A DNA stretch of 64,000 nt, taken from assembly GCA_947625215.1 (NCBI GenBank), contig CANQNL010000002.1, positions 4,297 to 68,296 on the forward strand, written 5' to 3'. The position numbers and the translations under genes were made by a program. Below the pieces are notes generated by a model. The model saw only the letters and a program-made list of their open reading frames with translations, was not told where the DNA came from and made no database searches. This stretch comes from an uncultured Bacilli bacterium. GTDB lineage: Bacteria > Bacillota_I > Bacilli_A > RF39 > UBA660. Within the stretch, counting starts at the first letter, position 1. Every line of letters starts with the position of its first letter. Below, one piece after another: positions 29,482 through 37,879 of the stretch.

Positions 29482-31338
29482 TTATTTACTATCACGCACC
29501 ATTAATTTATATAATTTAAAATAATCAATTTTGATTTTAAATAACTTTTTTAAAAATCCTACTTTCCAATTACTATCTAGTAAATCTTTTATTAATCTTT
29601 TAGGTCTAAAGATATAATAAATTAAGCTATGAGGATTTGCTAAATAAAACGTTTTGGTATCTAAGTAAGTAATACTTCCAAATAATTTAATATCATTTAA
29701 TGTGGGATATAATCCAAGTTTTTTAATGCCAAACGAGGCTATATAATTATCTATATTTATAACATTTCTATCAATAGCACTATAATTTTTTACAAAATCT
29801 AAAGCACCATTTTGAATTAAACGAAAGATTTCATTTTCCCTTGAAGAATATTCATATTTTGCTAAAACCGGGTTGATTCCATTAGAAGTTTTTTCATACT
29901 TAATTGTTGTACCGTGATTAGCAGAAAACAAATTTTCAAATAGGCTTATAAAAGCTCTAATTTGTGTTTCATCTGATTTATAATTAAACAAATACCCATA
30001 TTGCTTATTTCCTTTTTTTATGTTTTTATAAGCATTTGATAATTGACCTATATAATACCCTGTGATATCAGCTGATATTTTATTTTGAATGCAGGCATTA
30101 GTAAGTGCTGATTGCATTGAACCAGACCAACCAATATCTGAAATAGCTAATTTGCCATTAAAATCTTGCTCTTTTAAATATGAAAGTAAATTGATTTCCT
30201 CTTTTTTAGCGTTTTCTTTAATATCATTTTTAATTTCATTAAATAAATCTTCAAAATTAAAAATATTTTTGATATTTTCCTCTTTATTTGTTTTATATTT
30301 ATTTAAAAAATCTTTATAATTATTAATATCTAAGCCTACATTAATAAAGAAACTTTCTAAATCAATTACTCTTCGCATTTTACAAATTTCAAATACTTCT
30401 TCTAAAGTATTTATATTTTTAAGCAAACTAACTCTGGTACTTCTTCTTGATACATATAAATATTTTGTTTCTATATCAGTATCATTTATTAAATCAAAGG
30501 CTTTTTTTAATAAAGCTCCTTCTCTAGATAGGAAAAATATTTTATTTATTTTTTCTTTTTTAACATTTTCTTTTAACCATTTTGAATATCCAAGTAAAAG
30601 TATTCCTAATGTTTCATAACCTATTTTGTAATAAATATCTTTATCAGGTAGATTATTATTAATAAAATTTTTAATAATATTATCTTCTAAAGAATTTATT
30701 TTGTAGTCTTTATAATATCTAAGTTTATTTATTTTTTTAGGAATTAATATTGATTTAATCCTATAAAATTTTGGCATTAAATAATCAGCTCTTTTAGAAT
30801 CTCCTATATGTAATAATTCATTAGATTTAATATTTAATTTTTTTAATATATAAGGATATACTTTTCCACAATGTTTATTTAGTTTTATATCATTAGATAA
30901 AAACATATAATCATAGTTGATATTGGCATTTTTTAAAATTTGTTTTAATGTATCTTTTTCAAGATACATATCTGAAGTAATAATAATTTTTTTATTCTTT
31001 TCTTTTGCATATTTATATATAGGATAAAAATCTATATTTTTTTGGCAAAATTTTAATTCTAATTCTATTTCTAATTTTTTTATTTCTTCTTTATTTTTAA
31101 TATCAATTAACTTATAAATATCATTTATATCTGGTTCTCTATGGTTAGTTAAATCTCTAGCTTTTCTTTCGGCATTAATTCTAATTTCTTTAAAGTTTGT
31201 ATGATTATATTTTTTTCCGATTAAATCAAATATGTCAGCCGGATTTTCTATATTTCTTTTAATTAATGTATCGAAAACATCAAAAGATATATAGTCATAT
31301 TTATCTATTTGTTTTTTTATTTTTTTATAATCATACAT
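29482..31338 (-). CDS. Large HAD-superfamily hydrolase-domain protein (COG5610-like)
   Basis: 618 aa with an N-terminal HAD motif I (ISFDVFDTLIKR) and a later GDS motif. The function in the glycan pathway is unknown. Confidence 0.6.
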   Translation of the reverse strand: MYDYKKIKKQIDKYDYISFDVFDTLIKRNIENPADIFDLIGKKYNHTNFKEIRINAERKARDLTNHREPDINDIYKLIDIKNKEEIKKLEIELELKFCQKNIDFYPIYKYAKEKNKKIIITSDMYLEKDTLKQILKNANINYDYMFLSNDIKLNKHCGKVYPYILKKLNIKSNELLHIGDSKRADYLMPKFYRIKSILIPKKINKLRYYKDYKINSLEDNIIKNFINNNLPDKDIYYKIGYETLGILLLGYSKWLKENVKKEKINKIFFLSREGALLKKAFDLINDTDIETKYLYVSRRSTRVSLLKNINTLEEVFEICKMRRVIDLESFFINVGLDINNYKDFLNKYKTNKEENIKNIFNFEDLFNEIKNDIKENAKKEEINLLSYLKEQDFNGKLAISDIGWSGSMQSALTNACIQNKISADITGYYIGQLSNAYKNIKKGNKQYGYLFNYKSDETQIRAFISLFENLFSANHGTTIKYEKTSNGINPVLAKYEYSSRENEIFRLIQNGALDFVKNYSAIDRNVINIDNYIASFGIKKLGLYPTLNDIKLFGSITYLDTKTFYLANPHSLIYYIFRPKRLIKDLLDSNWKVGFLKKLFKIKIDYFKLYKLMVRDSK

Positions 31339-31346
31339 ATAACCAC

Positions 31347-32420
31347 CTACTTGCCGTGTACTTCCTTTTCTTTTAATTTAATAAATAATCCTTTAAAATG
31401 TTTTCTTACAAAATTAATAACATTACTAAACCATATACAAAGAGTTATGTTGTTTAATTTCATCGGTATAACTAATATCTTAAATTTTACTGATAATGAT
31501 TTAGCATTTTTTAAAGCTTCTTTCGTATATTTATGATTTAAAATATATTTTGTTTTTTCTCTTACTTCTTTTTTAGTTAAATTTTTATTGTCAGCTAATT
31601 CTTGAATACACTGAAACACACGACCTATAAAATATGAATCAATAGCATCTCTACTTTTTTCATCATCTAACATATTCCAATGTTTATAGAGTTTTAAAAC
31701 GTGTTCATAATGTTCAATTCTTTTTTCAAACATATTAGGATCACTATAATTTATCATTGTTTCTGCACCTTTTCTTGAACGATACCAATGATATTTAGCC
31801 ATTGAAGATACGACTACTTTACCTATATCCATTAAAAAAAACATATTAAAATGATGATCATCCCATTTGGTATCTGGAAAAATTATATTATTTTTGACAA
31901 CAATTTCTCTTTTAAAAAGCTTGTTCCAAGGTAAACTTAAAAAACTGTTATTAAAATATTTATAAGCATTTTTGCGGAAATCATTTTTATTTGTATATAT
32001 AGCATCTTCACAAGAGGTACTGTAGGTTATTGTTTTTCCATTTTGATAATATTCCATTAAAAATCCAGTAACTACTAAATCAGCATTATTATTTTTAGCT
32101 AGTTCATACATTTTTTCTAAATAATCTTTTTCAATCCAATCATCTGAATCAATAAAGTATAGATATTCTCCTTTAGCTTTTTTTAAAGCTGCATTTCTAG
32201 CAGTTGGTGCGCCGCCGTTTTCTTTATGAATAGCTGTTACTCTTTTATCTTTTTTGGCATACTCATCACATATTTTTCCACTATTATCCTTAGAACCATC
32301 ATCAATGACGAATAATTCAATATCTTTAAATGTCTGATTTAAAACGCTTTCAATTGCTTTTGATAAAAATTCTTCAACATTGTAAACCGGCATTATAATG
32401 GAGATTTTTCCTTTTTCCAT
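31347..32420 (-). CDS. Family 2 glycosyltransferase (first gene of the left operon)
   Basis: ISIIMPVYNVEEFL, VIDDGSKD and IDSDD motifs. The start was set at ATG 32420, which has RBS AGGTGG 5 nt upstream. The track start at 32429 is a GTG inside that RBS. Confidence 0.85.
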   Translation of the reverse strand: MEKGKISIIMPVYNVEEFLSKAIESVLNQTFKDIELFVIDDGSKDNSGKICDEYAKKDKRVTAIHKENGGAPTARNAALKKAKGEYLYFIDSDDWIEKDYLEKMYELAKNNNADLVVTGFLMEYYQNGKTITYSTSCEDAIYTNKNDFRKNAYKYFNNSFLSLPWNKLFKREIVVKNNIIFPDTKWDDHHFNMFFLMDIGKVVVSSMAKYHWYRSRKGAETMINYSDPNMFEKRIEHYEHVLKLYKHWNMLDDEKSRDAIDSYFIGRVFQCIQELADNKNLTKKEVREKTKYILNHKYTKEALKNAKSLSVKFKILVIPMKLNNITLCIWFSNVINFVRKHFKGLFIKLKEKEVHGK

Positions 32421-32454
32421 TTTTTCCACCTACTATTTTTACAAATTTTATAAT

Positions 32455-32493
32455 TAATAATGTGATTAAAAAAATATCTCTGAATATTTAATT
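32455..32493. repeat. IRL: left 39-bp perfect inverted repeat of the recombinase cassette
   Basis: TAATAATGTGATTAAAAAAATATCTCTGAATATTTAATT is the exact reverse complement of 33617..33655. Confidence 0.95.
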
Positions 32494-32506
32494 CAAAGAT
32501 ATTTTT
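32466..32506 (-). terminator. Terminator hairpin after the recombinase gene, formed half by IRL and half by cassette-internal sequence
   Basis: Minus-strand RNA forms AAAAAUAUCUUUGAA / UUCAGAGAUAUUUUU: a 15-bp stem with one G-U pair and a 7-nt loop, followed by Us. The 5' arm is internal (32492..32506) and the 3' arm lies in IRL. Confidence 0.5.
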
Positions 32507-32520
32507 TATTTAATGTATGG

Positions 32521-33462
32521 TTATGCCATCATATATTCAACTAAATTTTCAATGGAAGTTTTTTTAAATTCATCAGATGGGTGGGCGTATAAATTAATGG
32601 TAATATCAACACTTGAATGACCTAATATTTCACTTAAAGTTTTAAAATCCATTTTTGATTCAAGTGATCTAGTAGCAAAAGTATGTCTTAATGTATGAAA
32701 ATTAGTATATTTAAGATTAGCTTTCTTCATTATTCTTTCAAAAAACCTTCTAAATTGTCTTGGATCATATAAAGATTTGCTTTTTGATAAAATAAAATCT
32801 TCATTTGAACCTTTAAATTTTAATAAATAGTCTATAATAAAATTAGAAATTGGTATTGTTCTAATTGAAGTTTCACTTTTAGGTGTACTTTCAATTAAAA
32901 TGGTTTTTGATTTTATATTAGGGTTTTCATTATAAATTCTTTCAATTGTCCTGTTAACTGTTACAGTTTTATTATTAAAATCAATATCTTCCCATTTAAG
33001 ACCACAAACTTCTCCTATACGAAGTCCAGTATAAAGGGCAAGCAATAAACAAGCTTTTCTAATATTTGGCTTTTGATATAATACTTTTTCTAATTTTATT
33101 TGTGATTCTTTTGATAAAACACATACTTGTTTCGCTCTTTTTCGGATTTTTAAATTTGTTAAATCAATGTTTTTACACATATTTTTTTTAACACCAGTTT
33201 TTAAAGCAGCCTTAATAATATAAAGTAAAGTTTTTTGAACTGAAATAGATACTTTTTTCTCATTTAAGCTATTAAAATATAAAATAATATCATTAGCAGT
33301 AACTTTCTTTGCTCTTTTGCCAGCAATATTACCTTTAATATATCTTTCTATTAATTGTTCATACTTTTGCCTTGATTGAATTTTTATATCATTTTTTGTT
33401 TTTACCCACATATTAACGACATCTAAAAAACTTTTTTTCTCCCATAACATTAACTTATGCAT
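32521..33462 (-). CDS. Tyrosine site-specific recombinase (phage-integrase family)
   Basis: 313 aa from MHKLMLWEKK, with RBS AAGGAGG 7 nt upstream. Catalytic pattern: YTGLRIGE (Arg), HTLRHTFAT (H-x-x-R) and LGHSSVDITINLYAH (His/Tyr). The track's 38-codon N-terminal extension is rejected. Confidence 0.85.
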   Translation of the reverse strand: MHKLMLWEKKSFLDVVNMWVKTKNDIKIQSRQKYEQLIERYIKGNIAGKRAKKVTANDIILYFNSLNEKKVSISVQKTLLYIIKAALKTGVKKNMCKNIDLTNLKIRKRAKQVCVLSKESQIKLEKVLYQKPNIRKACLLLALYTGLRIGEVCGLKWEDIDFNNKTVTVNRTIERIYNENPNIKSKTILIESTPKSETSIRTIPISNFIIDYLLKFKGSNEDFILSKSKSLYDPRQFRRFFERIMKKANLKYTNFHTLRHTFATRSLESKMDFKTLSEILGHSSVDITINLYAHPSDEFKKTSIENLVEYMMA

Positions 33463-33512
33463 ATTTTTACCTCCTTTATTTTGCCCCATATTTACTTCTT
33501 TTTTCTTCCAAA

Positions 33513-33541
33513 ATATTACAATATGCAACTTTTTGCAACAA
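33513..33541 (-). promoter_or_regulatory. Candidate promoter of the recombinase gene (TTGTTG-17-TAATAT)
   Basis: The minus strand reads TTGTTG caaaaagttgcatattg TAATAT, about 50 nt upstream of ATG 33462. Confidence 0.35.
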
Positions 33542-33580
33542 AATTTATGAATTTTCGACAAATTTATAAAAAACATAGTA

Positions 33581-33594
33581 TTTTATGGTATAAT
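33581..33594 (+). promoter_or_regulatory. Outward-facing extended -10 promoter (TTTTATGGTATAAT) inside the cassette, aimed through IRR at the right operon
   Basis: TGGTATAAT lies at 33586..33594, 22 nt inside IRR. The identical 14-mer TTTTATGGTATAAT precedes recF at 60004..60017. Confidence 0.55.
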
Positions 33595-33616
33595 ATTGCT
33601 ATGTGATTTGCCCTGA

Positions 33617-33655
33617 AATTAAATATTCAGAGATATTTTTTTAATCACATTATTA
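33617..33655. repeat. IRR: right 39-bp perfect inverted repeat of the recombinase cassette
   Basis: AATTAAATATTCAGAGATATTTTTTTAATCACATTATTA is the exact reverse complement of IRL. Confidence 0.95.
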
Positions 33656-33678
33656 GTTTAGAAAAAATAGGTGAAAGT

Positions 33679-34458
33679 ATGCATAAAGATATAAAAATAA
33701 TCATTGCCACTCATAAAGAATATAAAATACCAAATGACAATATGTATCTTCCTTTATACGTTGGAAGTAAAGGGAAAAAGAACATAGGTTATAAAAGAGA
33801 TGATACTGGTAAAAACATTTCTTTAAAAAATCCATATTTTTGTGAATTAACAGGTTTATATTGGGCCTGGAAAAATCTAAAAGTAGACTATATTGGTTTA
33901 GTACACTATCGTAGGTATTTTTCTTCTAAAAAGAAAAATAAAGATAAATTTGATTCTATTTTAAAAAGAGAAGAATTGGAAAAATATTTAAATGAATATG
34001 ATATAATCGTTCCTAAAAAAAGAAAATACTATATCGAAACAATTGAAAGTCATTATAAACATACAATGAAAGAAGAAACTTTAGAAGAAACAATAAAAAT
34101 TATAAATGAAAAATATCCTGAGTATGTTAATAGCTTACAAAAAATAATGAATAGAACTTATATGCATGCTTTTAATATGTTTATTATGAAAAAAGAATAT
34201 TTAGATGAATATTGTACTTGGTTATTTGATATTTTATTTGAATTAGAAAAAAGAATGAAAAATAAAGAATATGATGCTTTCCATTCTAGATTCTATGGAA
34301 GAATAAGTGAAAGATTATTAGATGTTTGGCTAGATTACAAGGGTTATAAATATAAGGAAGTACCATTTATGTATATGGAAAAAATAGACTGGATAAAGAA
34401 AGGAACTGGCTTTTTAAAAGCTAAATTTCTAGGTAAAAAGTATGACAAAAGTTTTTAA
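33679..34458 (+). CDS. DUF4422-family glycosyltransferase-like protein (first gene of the right operon)
   Basis: 259 aa. IIIATHKEY...DDTGKNISLKNPYFCELTGLYWAWKN...GLVHYRRYF matches the DUF4422 pattern. Confidence 0.7.
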   Translation: MHKDIKIIIATHKEYKIPNDNMYLPLYVGSKGKKNIGYKRDDTGKNISLKNPYFCELTGLYWAWKNLKVDYIGLVHYRRYFSSKKKNKDKFDSILKREELEKYLNEYDIIVPKKRKYYIETIESHYKHTMKEETLEETIKIINEKYPEYVNSLQKIMNRTYMHAFNMFIMKKEYLDEYCTWLFDILFELEKRMKNKEYDAFHSRFYGRISERLLDVWLDYKGYKYKEVPFMYMEKIDWIKKGTGFLKAKFLGKKYDKSF

Positions 34459-35542
34459 AGAACCAATAAGAATTTTACAAATAGGTATGCATAACCAAAT
34501 AGGCGGAGTTGAAACATATTTATATAATTATTATAAAAATATAAATAAAAATAAAATTCAATTTGATTTTATAAATTCTTATGATTCTTTATGCTTTGAA
34601 GATGATTTGAAAGATATGGGAGCAAATATATACAAAGTACCTAATTTTAAAAAGAATCCTATAGGATTTTATAGAAGTATAAAAAAGATAATTCAACACA
34701 ATAATTATCAAATTGTTCATATTAATATGCTGTCTGCCGCAAATATATTACCAGTTTTAGCAGCAAAAAAAAGTAAAGCTAAACATATAATTGTACATTC
34801 ACATAACAATGACACGCCTACAGGTTTTTTAAGAAAAGCATTGGATAAAATAAACAAAAAAGTGTTATTGAAGAATGCAACAGATTTCTTTGCTTGTTCA
34901 GATTTGGCAGGGCAATGGATGTTTGGAAATCATAAATTTACAATTATTGAAAATGCCATTGACCTAACAAAATTTAAACCAAATAAAGATATTAGGAAAA
35001 GAATAAGAAAAGAATTAAAAGTGGAAGATAAATTTGTTATAGGTCATATTGGTAGATTTTCATATCAAAAAAATCATGAATTTTTAATAGATGTTTTTAA
35101 TGAAGTACAAAAAAAGATAAAAAATGCTGTATTGTTATTAATTGGCACAGGTGAACTTGAACAAAAAATAAAAAACAAAGTTAATGATTTGAAATTAAAT
35201 GATAAAGTTATATTTTTTGGGACAACTGATAAGGTAAATGAGTATTTTAATGCAATGGACTTATTTGTTTTGCCTTCAAGATTCGAAGGATTTGGAATAG
35301 TCGCTATAGAAGCCCAAGCAACAAAAATAAAAACTATTTTATCAACTAATGTTCCTGCTTCAGTAAATGTATCCAATTTAGCTGAATTTTTGCCAATAAG
35401 TGATTATAAAATATGGTCAAATCATATTAAAAAATATTTTAAAAATTCAAATAAAATTAGTGAAGAACAAGATTTTCCTAAAGAATATAACATTAAATAT
35501 GCAGCTGGTCTTTTAGAAAAAAAATATACGGAAATGAATTAG
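34442..35542 (+). CDS. Family 4 (GT-B) glycosyltransferase
   Basis: 366 aa with GGVETY N-terminus, GRFSYQKN and LPSRFEGFGIVAIEAQA. Confidence 0.85.
   Translation: MTKVFKEPIRILQIGMHNQIGGVETYLYNYYKNINKNKIQFDFINSYDSLCFEDDLKDMGANIYKVPNFKKNPIGFYRSIKKIIQHNNYQIVHINMLSAANILPVLAAKKSKAKHIIVHSHNNDTPTGFLRKALDKINKKVLLKNATDFFACSDLAGQWMFGNHKFTIIENAIDLTKFKPNKDIRKRIRKELKVEDKFVIGHIGRFSYQKNHEFLIDVFNEVQKKIKNAVLLLIGTGELEQKIKNKVNDLKLNDKVIFFGTTDKVNEYFNAMDLFVLPSRFEGFGIVAIEAQATKIKTILSTNVPASVNVSNLAEFLPISDYKIWSNHIKKYFKNSNKISEEQDFPKEYNIKYAAGLLEKKYTEMN
35192..35289. repeat. 98-bp perfect direct repeat, copy 1 (inside a GT4 gene)
   Basis: AAATTAAATGATAAAGTTATATTTTTTGGGACAACTGATAAGG...GATTCGAAGG is identical to 36308..36405, while the flanking paralogous sequence has diverged. 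Confidence 0.9.
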
Positions 35543-35566
35543 TTTAATTATAAAAGGATGAGTAAT

Positions 35567-36649
35567 ATGTCTAAAAAAAGAATTTTAATTTATGGAATGA
35601 CGTCTGTAATCGGAGGTTTAGAAAGATATTTAATTAATTTTTTACAAAATATTGATTCTACAAAATATGAAATTGATCTTTTATTAAAAAAAGATATTAT
35701 CGGAACTAATGCCACAGAAATAAATGGATATTACCATAAAAAGTATATATTTCCACATCCTAACTTTTTTAAACATCCAATAAAAACATTTATGTTTTGT
35801 AAAAAAATTGCTGAAGAAAAGAATTATGACATTGTTTATTTTAATATCATAAATGCAGGGTTTATTTTATGTGCATTGCCTTTTAAATTATTTTCTAAAA
35901 CTAAAATATATATTCATAGTCATAATGACAATGATGAAAACAAAATATTTACTCATTACATATTTAGACCATTGTTAAATACAATTACTGATAAAAAATT
36001 TGCTTGTTCTATTTCAGCTGCTAGATGGATGTATGGCAAAGTTCAAAAAAATGTAATTTTAATTAATAATGCTATTGATTTATCAATATTTAAAACTGAT
36101 AATAAAGTTCGAAACAAGATAAGAAAAAAATTAAAAGTAGAAGACAAATTTGTTATAGGACACGTTGGAAGATTTTGTTATCAGAAAAATCAAGAGTTTT
36201 TAATAGATATGTATTATGAACTTCAAAAAGAGGTTCATAATACAAAATTACTTTTAATTGGAACAGGTGATTTAGAGTCAGAAATTAAAAAGAAAGTGAT
36301 AAATTTAAAATTAAATGATAAAGTTATATTTTTTGGGACAACTGATAAGGTAAATGAGTATTTTAATGCAATGGACTTATTTGTTTTGCCTTCAAGATTC
36401 GAAGGCTTAGGAATTGTTGCTATCGAGGCACAGGCGATAGGACTTCCTTGTTTACTTTCAAATAAAGTTCCAAATGAGGCAAAAATAACCAATATTACTG
36501 AGTTTTTACCATTTGATAAAGATATTTGGAAAAAGAAAATTATTAATATAATGAATAAAGATATTAAAATTAAAAATAGGAAAGCAGAAATTATAAAAGC
36601 TGGATATGATTTAGAAACAGAAATTAAACGTATAGAAAAATATTTTTAA
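35567..36649 (+). CDS. Family 4 (GT-B) glycosyltransferase (tandem paralog)
   Basis: Start set at ATG 35567, with AAGGA 8 nt upstream. Motifs GRFCYQKN and LPSRFEGLGIVAIEAQA. Confidence 0.85.
   Translation: MSKKRILIYGMTSVIGGLERYLINFLQNIDSTKYEIDLLLKKDIIGTNATEINGYYHKKYIFPHPNFFKHPIKTFMFCKKIAEEKNYDIVYFNIINAGFILCALPFKLFSKTKIYIHSHNDNDENKIFTHYIFRPLLNTITDKKFACSISAARWMYGKVQKNVILINNAIDLSIFKTDNKVRNKIRKKLKVEDKFVIGHVGRFCYQKNQEFLIDMYYELQKEVHNTKLLLIGTGDLESEIKKKVINLKLNDKVIFFGTTDKVNEYFNAMDLFVLPSRFEGLGIVAIEAQAIGLPCLLSNKVPNEAKITNITEFLPFDKDIWKKKIINIMNKDIKIKNRKAEIIKAGYDLETEIKRIEKYF
36308..36405. repeat. 98-bp perfect direct repeat, copy 2
   Basis: See 35192..35289. Confidence 0.9.
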
Positions 36650-36673
36650 AATCTATAGAAACGGGGTGCTAAA

Positions 36674-37879
36674 ATGACATTTTTAAGAAAAACTTCAAAT
36701 TTGCTATTAAATAAGCCAATCATAATATTTATCGTATTTATGTTTCTCATAAAACCAGGGATAGTAAATCTGAATGGTACTATAAATATGCTTTACAATG
36801 TAGCGAGTGTAACATTAATAGCAGTTATCATATTGTTGTATATCTTGCGAGGCAAAATTTCTAAATTACAAATAGCACTTATTATATTTATTTCTTGCTT
36901 AGGAATTTCCACGTGTTTTGGAACACAAGACTTTAGTACATTCGCAAAAACTTATAGTATGATATTAGGAATCAGTTTATATACTGAAATGGTTATTAAT
37001 ACTAATTTAGAAAAATTTTTAAAAGCACTTACTGCCTTAGTATCTGTTTATATAATTTTAAATTTTTTAACTATATTATTTGTGCCTCATGGCTTTATTG
37101 GTGATGGAACACTGCATGACTTTTATTTTTTAGGATATGATAATGCCTCAGTTCATACGATTGTGCTTGGATTGGTTGTCGTAATGATATCTTCTCATTA
37201 CTTTCATAAAAAATTAACACCATTTGCACTTATTATGATAGGAATAGGGGCACTATCTTATTACTTGGTATGGGCTGCTTCCTGCTTGGTTAGTGTTTCA
37301 TTATTAGTTTTTTATGTAATATTTGTATATAAAAGGCAATTTTTTAAAAAATTCTTGAATTTTAAGGTATTATTTGGTTTTGCCATATTGTTTTTCCTTG
37401 TTATAGTTATACTTAGATGGCAGGATATATTCTCATGGTTTATTGTTGATGTATTGCATAGAGATTTAACTCTAACTGGAAGGACATATATTTGGGATAG
37501 ATGTATGACACAAATAGGGAACCATCCTATTTTAGGCTTAGGTGTTCAAGCCGAAGCAGTTCGTTTATCTACATTAGGAATTTATCATGCTCATTCTGGA
37601 TTATTAAATGTATTACTTGAAGGTGGAATTATTGGATTTGTGGCTTTCTTAAATATCTTTAGAGTAGCAACTAAATCATTAACAACTAAAGAAAACAAAG
37701 TAAATGAATTTTCAGCAATTTGTACCTTTGCATTATTTATATATTTTATTTCTACATTAGTTGATGTTATTGTAGATAGTTATTTATTCTATATACTTTT
37801 AAATATTTGTTATTTCATTCCTTTAATAAAAGAAAAGTTTGAAGAAAGAGAAAAGTTAAATGAGAATACTGATAGTTAA
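36674..37879 (+). CDS. wzy: Wzy/O-antigen-ligase-family polymerase
   Basis: 401 aa with about 10 TM segments. GRTYIWDRCMTQIGNHPILGLG...YHAHSGLLNVLLEGGIIGF resembles the Wzy_C block. Confidence 0.65.
   Translation: MTFLRKTSNLLLNKPIIIFIVFMFLIKPGIVNLNGTINMLYNVASVTLIAVIILLYILRGKISKLQIALIIFISCLGISTCFGTQDFSTFAKTYSMILGISLYTEMVINTNLEKFLKALTALVSVYIILNFLTILFVPHGFIGDGTLHDFYFLGYDNASVHTIVLGLVVVMISSHYFHKKLTPFALIMIGIGALSYYLVWAASCLVSVSLLVFYVIFVYKRQFFKKFLNFKVLFGFAILFFLVIVILRWQDIFSWFIVDVLHRDLTLTGRTYIWDRCMTQIGNHPILGLGVQAEAVRLSTLGIYHAHSGLLNVLLEGGIIGFVAFLNIFRVATKSLTTKENKVNEFSAICTFALFIYFISTLVDVIVDSYLFYILLNICYFIPLIKEKFEEREKLNENTDS

Larger units (their letters stand above)
32455..33655. promoter_or_regulatory. Putative invertible DNA switch: IRL, tyrosine recombinase, outward promoter, IRR
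   Basis: Perfect 39-bp IRs enclose 1,123 bp that contain only a recombinase gene, divergent promoters at one end and a terminator at the other. The cassette sits exactly between the two divergent glycan operons. Confidence 0.6.

Noticed and set aside
32521-33462. The tyrosine recombinase as an integrase of a prophage, ICE or genomic island.
   Set aside because: There are no phage, conjugation or excisionase genes and no tRNA target. Direct att-like repeats are absent. Instead the gene is tightly enclosed by perfect inverted repeats between two operon starts, which fits an invertase rather than an integrase. This is still unproven.
33463-33576. A 38-codon N-terminal extension of the recombinase ORF (track start at 33576: MFFINLSKIHKFCCKK...).
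   Set aside because: A strong RBS AAGGAGG sits 7 nt before the internal ATG at 33462, and the typical integrase N-terminus begins there. The extension would run across the divergent promoter region and has junk-like composition.
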